From: Cyclobacteriaceae bacterium
GTDB lineage: Bacteria > Bacteroidota > Bacteroidia > Cytophagales > Cyclobacteriaceae
Direction: 5' to 3'
Assembly (NCBI GenBank): GCA_026003355.1
Contig: BPHC01000003.1
Location: 39,093 to 103,092 of the forward strand
Length of the DNA stretch: 64,000 nucleotides
Each line of letters starts with the position of its first letter. Position 1 is the stretch's first letter. Shown one piece after another: positions 19,200-27,519 of the stretch. A program made the translations under genes and the position numbers. The notes beneath the pieces were generated by a model, which saw only the letters and a list, made by a program, of their open reading frames with translations, was not told the DNA's origin and made no database searches.

Positions 19200-21374
19200 C
19201 TACTCGGTATAAGGCTCTAAAAATCCCTGCGATAACAATTCGTTATAGGGACCGTCAATTTCAATTTTTCCATCGCGCAAAACCAATACCCGGCCGCAGG
19301 CCTGCATAACGAGCGGGTCGTTGGAAACCGCAATGAGCGTCCAGGGGCGCGAGGGGTCGGTTACGCATTGAACAAGATGTACTTTTGCCTCTCTTTTCAG
19401 GCCGTTAAAGAAGTCGTTCAAAATTACCAGGTTAGGTTTTTTGGCAATGCACCGGGCCAGGATGAGTTTGTGAACGGATGTATTCGACAGGTTTTTTCCA
19501 CCACTGGTAAGATGGGTGTTAAGCCCTTCGGGCAGGGTTAATATCTCCTGGCGAAGCCCAACGGCCTCAATGGCTTCCATGGCATCCTGAACCAGTTCCA
19601 TGTGTTTGCCCAGGGTTATGTTTTCCAGAATGGTGCCATCGAAAATATCTTCCTGCGAAATATTTTTTCCGATTTTGTCGCGCAGGTGGGTTAAGTCCAG
19701 GTCGCGCAAAGAGTAGTTGTTGAGGGCCACCAGGCCTTCGTAATTGGTATAAATACCTGAAAGAATATTAACCAGTGTGGTTTTACCGGCACCCCCAGGC
19801 CCGGAAATGCAAACCCGTTCACCGGCCCGTATGGTCAGGTCAATGCCGTTAAGCACGTAATCAGATTTTCCGGGATAACGGAACCGAAGGTTTTTAACTT
19901 CAATGAAATAGCCGTTCTGGTTGAGGGGGCGGGGCAAATCCAACCCGCCTATACGTTCCAGTGGCAGGTCGGTAACGTGAGCTACTTTGTCTACGGCTGT
20001 CAGCAGGTCGTAAATCACATCCATGTACATAATAATTTTCTCAATGGCATTCAGGATGAGAATAATAACCACTTCCGAGGCTACAAACTGCCCTAACGTT
20101 ATTTGCCGGTCTACCACCAGAATGGATCCCACAATCAACAGTCCGCCAATCACCAGGGTTTTAAACAATAAGATAAATGAGTATTGTGTGATGAGTACCC
20201 GGAAATGCATTTTTCGGTATTTCAGGTAGTTGCTCACGTTCTGGTCGGTTTTTTTTATGGGCAGGTCGGTGCTGCCGGCCAGTTTAAATGAATGAAGAGC
20301 CCGGGCCAGTTCTTCCAGCCAATGCACCACTTTGTATTTGTATTTCGACTCTTCAATAGACGAGCGCAACCCGCGGGGTCCTGTAAAATAGAAAATAATG
20401 AATAAGAACGTGATAAGCCCGAGGCTGAAGAACACAAAAAACGGGTGATACAGCGAAAGCAACACTAAACCGAAGAATATTTGAACCAACCCCGAGGTGA
20501 AATCAATGAGTAGTTTGGGGAGCCCTTTCTGAATGGTGATGATATCAAAAAAGCGGTTGATGAGCTCGGGGGCATAGTTGCTGATAATGGATTCGGATTT
20601 TATACGGGGAATACGGTAGGCAAACTCCAGCGAGGCTTTGGTGAAGATTCGGCGTTGCAGGTGTTCTACCAGACTAATCTGCATAATCTGCAGAATGCCG
20701 CCCATTAGCACCCCCAGAATAATAACGCCAATTAAAACATAAACTGAACTGAAAAACAACCCTCCGGAAATGAGTTCGATAGTGGACTGAATGCCGAGGG
20801 GCAGTACCAGGCTGAGCAAACCCATTAACAAGGCGTAGAAAAGGATGTAGTTAATTTGCGTACGTTCGGCATGCAGCAGTCGCAAAAGCCGTGTTACAGG
20901 ACTAAGCTTTTGCCCCCCTTCTTCGCCAATATGCAGATCGCTGACAATGCTTTCTTCGGGAAAAATAACCAGAAACAATACCTCGTCACTCTTCGGGCAG
21001 AACCAGTCGCCCTGAGGCTGAAAGAGGTGGGTATGGCTGGTTTGGGCATCGAACTGTGTTTCCTTTCGGTTTTTTCCGGCCGGATGAATAAGTACGGGCT
21101 TTAGTTGCTCGCCTGCGCGCCGAAATGCCAGAACGTATTGATGCTCATTCTTCAGGAAGTCAATAAAATCGGCCTTTGGAAGCTGATACTGGAGCAGCAT
21201 AAGTTGAATTTTGGCCCCGGCTTCAAACAGGTCGCGCTTAAATTCATCAAATTCATGCAGCGAATAACTACGGTTGTTTACCTCTACAAACTGCAGGTTG
21301 TCGGCCCGGTAACTATGATTAAGCAGCAGGGCCGCCTCGCGCAGAATGCGTACAATATGATGGTTATTCAACAT
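19200..21374 (-). CDS. ABC half-transporter (N-terminal unknown domain + 6-TM + degenerate NBD)
   Basis: 724 aa with type-I-exporter TMD topology. Walker A is GPGGAGKTT (about 19775-19803) and the Q-loop is present. The signature reads LSNTS, Walker B reads VILND and the H-loop position is Ser (see findings). Confidence 0.85.
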   Translation of the reverse strand: MLNNHHIVRILREAALLLNHSYRADNLQFVEVNNRSYSLHEFDEFKRDLFEAGAKIQLMLLQYQLPKADFIDFLKNEHQYVLAFRRAGEQLKPVLIHPAGKNRKETQFDAQTSHTHLFQPQGDWFCPKSDEVLFLVIFPEESIVSDLHIGEEGGQKLSPVTRLLRLLHAERTQINYILFYALLMGLLSLVLPLGIQSTIELISGGLFFSSVYVLIGVIILGVLMGGILQIMQISLVEHLQRRIFTKASLEFAYRIPRIKSESIISNYAPELINRFFDIITIQKGLPKLLIDFTSGLVQIFFGLVLLSLYHPFFVFFSLGLITFLFIIFYFTGPRGLRSSIEESKYKYKVVHWLEELARALHSFKLAGSTDLPIKKTDQNVSNYLKYRKMHFRVLITQYSFILLFKTLVIGGLLIVGSILVVDRQITLGQFVASEVVIILILNAIEKIIMYMDVIYDLLTAVDKVAHVTDLPLERIGGLDLPRPLNQNGYFIEVKNLRFRYPGKSDYVLNGIDLTIRAGERVCISGPGGAGKTTLVNILSGIYTNYEGLVALNNYSLRDLDLTHLRDKIGKNISQEDIFDGTILENITLGKHMELVQDAMEAIEAVGLRQEILTLPEGLNTHLTSGGKNLSNTSVHKLILARCIAKKPNLVILNDFFNGLKREAKVHLVQCVTDPSRPWTLIAVSNDPLVMQACGRVLVLRDGKIEIDGPYNELLSQGFLEPYTE

Positions 21375-21379
21375 GTGCC

Positions 21380-22105
21380 TTAGGGTTCAATGGTTTTATA
21401 GATCATGAGCTGAAGAAAGCATTCAAGCTGAGTATCTGAATGGCCGGTATGTGCCTTAATATCGGTTAATGACGGCAGATGTTCGGCATAAAATAACTGA
21501 TGATTGGCGGTGAGCATAACCGTGCTGATTAATGTATGCGGAAACGGAAACGAAGGATTGATTTCGCGAATAAGGGCAGCCAGCTTTTTACATACGGTTT
21601 TATAGGGTAAAAACACCCCCTCGCGGTTGTCCTGGTCAACATGCTTGGTAAGGTAGGTTTTTTCAAACTCGGCCATAACCAGGTTTTTCAATGCGCGCAG
21701 GTTGGGTTCGTGACCGTTCGCGCCTGGCGAATCATCGGTAAGGAGGGCCTTCAGGCAGGCGTTTAACCGTTCTTTGGGCTCTTTAAGGTTTTGCGTAACC
21801 ACCTCAAACCTGTAATCCATCCATAACCAATACCAGTCAATCAGGTAAAGCAGCAACCGGTGCTTGTTTTCAAAGTACCGGTAAACCGAAGCCTCCGTGC
21901 TGCCAATAGCCCGGGCTAGTTTTTTAAAGGTAAAATGCTCAAAACCCAGCTGGTTTATAAGCCTTATGCTTTCGGAAATAATTTTCCGCCCCAGCACCGA
22001 ATCGTTAGGGTTGCGCAAATAAAGGGTTTGGTTTACCGAAAACTGCAAAATGGGCATGATAGCAATACTATCGTAAACGATAGAATTGCTAAAAAGTTTA
22101 GACAA
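21380..22105 (-). CDS. TetR/AcrR family transcriptional regulator
   Basis: N-terminal HTH FEHFTFKKLARAIGSTEASVYRYFENKHRLL. It is the first gene of the minus-strand ABC-HlyD-TolC operon. Confidence 0.85.
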   Translation of the reverse strand: MSKLFSNSIVYDSIAIMPILQFSVNQTLYLRNPNDSVLGRKIISESIRLINQLGFEHFTFKKLARAIGSTEASVYRYFENKHRLLLYLIDWYWLWMDYRFEVVTQNLKEPKERLNACLKALLTDDSPGANGHEPNLRALKNLVMAEFEKTYLTKHVDQDNREGVFLPYKTVCKKLAALIREINPSFPFPHTLISTVMLTANHQLFYAEHLPSLTDIKAHTGHSDTQLECFLQLMIYKTIEP

Positions 22106-22137
22106 TTTTTGATTCCCTGTTACAGGCGGTTTTTGCC

Positions 22138-22824
22138 CTACAACCGGTTAAATTCTACTATAAATGCATCGGGGTAGCGTGGTCGCAGTTCTTCCCGAAG
22201 GGCCTCGGCTTTGGCGCGGTTGGGATATTGCCCTATGATAAGGGAATAAAATTTTACCCCGTTAATAACCTTAACCTGAATGATAATTTTCTTCTGATAA
22301 GACTTTTTAAGGTTATCAGTAAGCCGTAACAAATTAACCAGTTCCTGAAAGGTGCCTATTTGCACGCCAAAGCCATGGGGTGAGGTGCGGCTTATCTCGG
22401 TGCTGTAAAACTCCTTTTCCTCCACGGCAACGTTACCGATGGGCCGGGCCGGGTCGCTCACTTTTCCGGTACCGGGGTCAATCACCTCCAGCTTTACTTC
22501 GGCAATACCCTGCACCAGAAAGCCCAGTTTTTCTGCTGCCGACTTCGAGAGGTCGATAATGCGGTCTTCCACAAACGGGCCTCGGTCGTTAATAACCACC
22601 TCTACCGAAGCATTGTTGCTCAGGTTGGTTACGCGTACGCGCGTACCAAATGGCAAGGTTTTGTGCGCGGCCGTAAGTTTATTGTGCCGGTATTTTTCGC
22701 CACTGGCAGTGGGCTTGCCTTCAAAGCGGTCGGCATAGTACGAAGCCTTGCCCGTTTGTACCTGCGCCCGGACAACAGTGAAGAGAAGGGTTATTGCAAG
22801 CAGAAACAAAAGTTGCTTTTTCAT
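22138..22824 (-). CDS. rlpA: Septal-ring lytic transglycosylase RlpA family protein with C-terminal SPOR domain
   Basis: Signal peptide, then ASYYADRFEGKPTASGEKY...VVINDRGPF (DPBB/RlpA fold). The C-terminal part looks SPOR-like (GVQIGTF.....YSLIIGQYPNRAKAEALREEL). Confidence 0.8.
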   Translation of the reverse strand: MKKQLLFLLAITLLFTVVRAQVQTGKASYYADRFEGKPTASGEKYRHNKLTAAHKTLPFGTRVRVTNLSNNASVEVVINDRGPFVEDRIIDLSKSAAEKLGFLVQGIAEVKLEVIDPGTGKVSDPARPIGNVAVEEKEFYSTEISRTSPHGFGVQIGTFQELVNLLRLTDNLKKSYQKKIIIQVKVINGVKFYSLIIGQYPNRAKAEALREELRPRYPDAFIVEFNRL

Positions 22825-22906
22825 GGAATATGCCGGTTAAACTTAGTGCAGCTCAAAGTAAATCCAAAATTTACAGACCCCGCACAAAGGAATGAACAAA
22901 TTCGTT

Positions 22907-22914
22907 TACCTTTG
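22907..22914 (+). promoter_or_regulatory. Candidate -7 box (TACCTTTG) for guaB
   Basis: Matches TAnnTTTG, 33 nt upstream of ATG 22947. Confidence 0.35.
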
Positions 22915-22946
22915 CCCGGCAAATAACGGTTCCAAACCTGTTTGCC

Positions 22947-24434
22947 ATGCCTTCCTCAACTTCTGCTTCTTCCGGTTCCAAGTTTCTGTTCGAAGCCCTT
23001 ACCTACGATGACGTGTTGCTGGTTCCCGCTTACTCGGAAGTACTGCCGCGCGAAACCGACATCCGCACCCGTGTTTCCAGAAACATCAACCTGAACATTC
23101 CCATTGTTTCGGCAGCCATGGATACGGTTACCGAAGCTGGTCTGGCCATAAGCATGGCCCTGGAGGGCGGTCTGGGATTTATTCACAAAAACATGTCCAT
23201 CGAACGGCAGGCCGAACAGGTGCGCAAGGTTAAACGCTCGCAAAGCGGACTTATCCTCGACCCCGTAACACTCCACATGCGGGCAACAGCGCGCGATGCT
23301 GAAAATATTATGCGCGAGTTCAAAATTGGCGGCATTCCGGTGGTTGACGATAACGGCAAACTAATGGGCATTGTCACCAACCGCGACCTGCGGTTTCAAA
23401 AAGACCTCAGCGTGCCGGTGGAACAAATTATGACCAGAGAAAACCTCATCACTGCCACCGAAAACATAACCCTTGAAAAGGCCGAAACCGTGCTGCAGAA
23501 ATATAAAATAGAAAAACTGCCCATCGTTAACAAAAAGGGCAGGCTCATTGGCCTGATAACCTTTAGAGATATACAAAAAAAGAAAAACAAGCCCAATGCA
23601 TGCCAGGATAAGTTCGGGCGCCTGCGGGTTGGGGCAGCCGTGGGGGTAACACCCGATATGCTCGACAGGGTAGAAGCGCTTAAGAAGGCAGGTGTAGATG
23701 TAATTACCATTGACACCGCCCACGGCCACTCAAAAGGAGTAATTGAAGCGGCAAAAAAAGTAAAACACAAATATCCCGAACTGGATGTGGTGGTGGGCAA
23801 CATAGCCACCGGCGAAGCTGCCAGAGCACTGGTAAAAGCCGGTGCCGACGCCGTAAAAGTGGGCGTGGGACCGGGCAGCATTTGCACCACCCGCGTGGTG
23901 GCCGGAGTGGGCCTTCCCCAGCTGTCGGCTGTATTTGAAGCCGCCCGCGCCATAAAAGGCTCGGGGGTGCCCATAATTGCCGATGGCGGCATTCGCTTTT
24001 CAGGCGATGTGGTAAAAGCTATTGCTGCCGGTGCCGACTGTGTGATGATTGGCAGCCTGCTGGCCGGCACCGAAGAAGCCCCGGGCGATGTGATTATTTA
24101 CGAGGGCCGCAAGTTTAAATCCTACCGCGGCATGGGATCGATTGAAGCTATGGAAGAAGGCTCAAAGGACCGTTACTTTCAGGACGTGGAAGATGACATT
24201 AAAAAACTTGTACCCGAAGGTATTTCCGGCCGCGTTCCTTACAAGGGATTGGTGGCAGAAGTGCTGTTCCAGCTTATGGGAGGCCTGCGTGCCGGCATGG
24301 GATATTGCGGCGCCAAGAACATCAATGCCCTGAAAAAAGCCAGATTTGTAAAAATTACCCACGCAGGCATTATCGAAAGCCACCCCCACGATGTAACCAT
24401 AACCCGCGAGGCCCCCAACTACAGCAGGAAGTAG
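22947..24434 (+). CDS. guaB: IMP dehydrogenase
   Basis: 495 aa with [10 protein letters not shown], tandem CBS domains, and the catalytic loop [11 protein letters not shown]. Confidence 0.95.
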   Translation: MPSSTSASSGSKFLFEALTYDDVLLVPAYSEVLPRETDIRTRVSRNINLNIPIVSAAMDTVTEAGLAISMALEGGLGFIHKNMSIERQAEQVRKVKRSQSGLILDPVTLHMRATARDAENIMREFKIGGIPVVDDNGKLMGIVTNRDLRFQKDLSVPVEQIMTRENLITATENITLEKAETVLQKYKIEKLPIVNKKGRLIGLITFRDIQKKKNKPNACQDKFGRLRVGAAVGVTPDMLDRVEALKKAGVDVITIDTAHGHSKGVIEAAKKVKHKYPELDVVVGNIATGEAARALVKAGADAVKVGVGPGSICTTRVVAGVGLPQLSAVFEAARAIKGSGVPIIADGGIRFSGDVVKAIAAGADCVMIGSLLAGTEEAPGDVIIYEGRKFKSYRGMGSIEAMEEGSKDRYFQDVEDDIKKLVPEGISGRVPYKGLVAEVLFQLMGGLRAGMGYCGAKNINALKKARFVKITHAGIIESHPHDVTITREAPNYSRK

Positions 24435-24487
24435 GAATTTTGTATCTTTACGGGTATGGCCCACATAACAGAGACAGAGTTTGTGTA

Positions 24488-27429
24488 ATGAACCGCAAAG
24501 GACTTTTGCTGGCTGCCGGTTTGTTCGTGGCAGTTGCTGTCACCGGGCAGACATTGTATTCAGAAAATTTTAATGACGAACCTGACGGTGCCACTTCGGG
24601 CACCAGCACCGGTGGTACCTGGAGTGTAACCACAGCCCCACTGGGCACTTTTTCCAAGCAAACATTGCCTGTTATAGGCGGCGTTTTTTATATTAACAAT
24701 ACGGCAACAGAGGGCGTTTTTCAAACCAGCATTATTGATATTTCGGCTACCGGCATGGCAACCTATCTCTGTTGATATGGTAACGGCTGCTACCAGCACC
24801 ACTGATTATATACGGGCATACTACCGGGTGGACGGCGGCCCGGAGGTGCTTTTTGGCAGAACTGCTGGGGCAACTGCTGAGCATTAATACTTCGGGCAGT
24901 GCCGTAATTACCGGCAGTTCCCTGCAAATCGTTATTCGGGGACTGGAAAATACCCCCGACGTATATTCTCTACCCTGTACTTTGATAATCTTACGGTTAA
25001 CCAGGTGCCTGTTCTGTACAGTTGTACTACCGGAAACTGGAATGCCACTTCATCCTGGTCAACTGTTGGTTTTACCGGTCCCTGCAATGCTTCTTCCCCC
25101 CCCTACCCCTGCGCAGGTGGCCATTGTTGGCGGGGGTCATACCATTAACCTTACCGCTGATGCCAACGCAGGCGGTGTGGATATTCGCCCAACCGGCATG
25201 CTGTTCTTCACCACCACCAATCTCGATTTGGGTATCGAACTGGGTTTGGTACGGGTACAAACCGGAGGTATTCTGAATCACAACGGCCAGGCAGGGGCAC
25301 AGATTGATTTTAATCAAAATGCAGGCGGGGCAACGCTTCGCGTGGATGCCGGAGGCATTTTAACCATTGAAGATATTACGTTAACCGCCAACGCTAACAG
25401 TGTGCACTACATAGAAGGCGCGGGCACATTAACCATAACTGATGATATACTAATCGGTGCCGATAACGCAACCCTTATAAATAATCTTTCTGCCGGCCTT
25501 ACGCTATCCGATCAAATTGAATTTACCGCAGGAACCACCGGTGCTTCGTTTGTTAACAACACCATTCTGAACGCGGTGGATATTTTGTTTGATAATGATA
25601 ACAACAATTTTACCAACAACGGCACTGCCTTGCTTGCCGGAAACCTTGCCGCAAACGGTAATACCGATGACAACAACGCCATCATCAATAATGCAGGCGG
25701 AGTTTTAAACTTTGTTTCATTAGACGGTGATGCCAACGGTGCAAGCGGCAACGGGGGCGACCTCACCATCATCAACTTCGGTACCATTAATCAATCGGGT
25801 ACTTTCCTGGATATTCCGAGTAACTCCAATGCCACCAACGATATCAATAACCTGAACGGCGCAGTTTGGAATTATTCCGGTACCGGCCACGATGCGAACG
25901 TGCGGCTTTTTGCCAATAATGGGATCAACGATTTTAATTATACCGCCTTGGGAGCACAGCAAATTATTACACCGGTAGCAGCCGATGGATATTCGAACCT
26001 ATTGCTTTCGGGGACCGGAGCCAAATCGGCCCTGGGCAGCTTTACGCTTTACGGAAACTGGGTCCGTTCCGGCACGGCAACATTTGTGCCGGGCACATTT
26101 ACCGTAACACTGGCCGGAACCAGCCCGCAAAGCATTACAGCTACAGGCACGGAAACATTTAATAGCCTTACCTTCAACAACACGGCTGCCGCGTTCCCTC
26201 AAATTATACTTAACACACCTGTAACAGTAAGCAACACCTTGTCCATGGTATCGGGCAGTGTTAATCTAAACGGTAATTTGTTTACCGTAGGAACTTCCGC
26301 GGGGTCGCCGGGTGCGCTAAGCCATAGCTTTACCGAAGCCAGCGGATGGATATATGGGGGCGTACTTACGCGCTACGTTTCAACAGCCAATATTGCCACC
26401 GGCGCACTGGCAGGATTTTTTCCGGTGGGCAGCGCCACCCGTTTCCGTCCTTTTTTCCTGGGCAAGAACAATGTGGCCAACAGCGGTGGGGCGGTATCGG
26501 TGGTAAATTTTACCGACGCCCTCACCACCAGCAACGTTTCATTACTGTAGATGGCGCTGCCACCATCACCCGCACGGCACGACTCGTTCTGGTCGGTTTC
26601 CACTGTCGGGTATTACCGCCGGAACCTGGAGCCTGCGCGCCGGCGGAACGGGCTTCGGCACCATTGAGGAGCTTGCCGACTTGCGCATGAGCACTACTAC
26701 CGGCGTAGTGGGGTTACATGGAGTAGCTTCCGGAACCATTGGCAGCCCGCTGGTAAACCGCACCAACCTTACGACATCCGAGCTAACAAACAATTTTCAC
26801 GTGGCATCTACCGATGCGGTGAACTCGCCCCTGCCGGTTGAGCTGGTGGCCTTTCCGGGCCGATGTGGTAGCAGGAAATGGCTCGGTGCAGCTCTACTGG
26901 CGCACCAGCATCCGAGATCAACAATAACGTCTTCTTTACCGTTGAGCGTTCCGCAATCGGGCGAAAACTGTGTTCAAGCCCTGGGCACCGTTAACGGGCA
27001 GGGCACCACAACATGGCAGGTGCACGAGTACACCTTTCACCGACCACCAGCCGCTGAACGGCACCGCCTATTACCGGCTGCGCCAGACCGATTTTGACGG
27101 CACCTCTACCTTTTCGCAGGTGTGCTGGCTGTAACCTTTGACGGGCAATAACAACAAACCGGTCCATTATTGCCGTTTTCCCCAACCCGGCCGGGGCATC
27201 GGGTTTTACCGTGCGGGCAACAGGTCTGTCGCCTGCAACCGAGAGCCTCACAGCTGTGGTTTACTCCCTGCAGGGCAGGGCCCTTCAGCAACTTAAACTT
27301 GCCCGCAACAACGAGGGCAGCCTGGAGTGTTACGTAGTTCCTGATGCCGGACTGCCTCCGGGCCTATATGTTATAAAAGCCGGCCCCGGACAAAGCCTTG
27401 CCACCCGCCTTTTGGTGGTGAATGAGTAG
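24488..27429 (+). pseudogene. Large T9SS-secreted surface/adhesin-like protein, multiply frameshifted
   Basis: Signal peptide MNRKGLLLAAGLFVAVAVTGQ at 24488. A coherent protein can be followed only by hopping between frames. The longest intact piece is 24853-26550. The gene ends with SIIAVFPNPAGASGFTVRATGL...LYVIKAGPGQSLATRLLVVNE* (27163-27429), a Por/T9SS type-A C-terminal sorting domain. Confidence 0.7.
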
Positions 27430-27477
27430 CACTGCTTTGCAGCATTTTTTACAGCGGCCGGGTTAGCGCATTTTTGG

Positions 27478-27485
27478 TATACTTG
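27478..27485 (+). promoter_or_regulatory. Candidate -7-like box (TATACTTG)
   Basis: One mismatch to TAnnTTTG, 35 nt upstream of GTG 27520. The same 11-mer TATACTTGCAG recurs upstream of rho. Confidence 0.3.
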
Positions 27486-27519
27486 CAGGGCCGGTCAGAA
27501 CGATTGGCTTTTTCGTTCC

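Noticed and set aside
20910-21374. Calling the ABC N-terminal domain a C39 bacteriocin-processing peptidase.
   Set aside because: There is no Cys in the first ~125 residues where the catalytic Cys of C39 domains lies, and no matching His/Asp context was recognised. The domain is left as unknown or C39-like at most.
24305-24487. The N-terminal extension of the adhesin ORF back into guaB.
   Set aside because: The extension overlaps the guaB 3' end in another frame. A clean signal peptide begins at ATG 24488.
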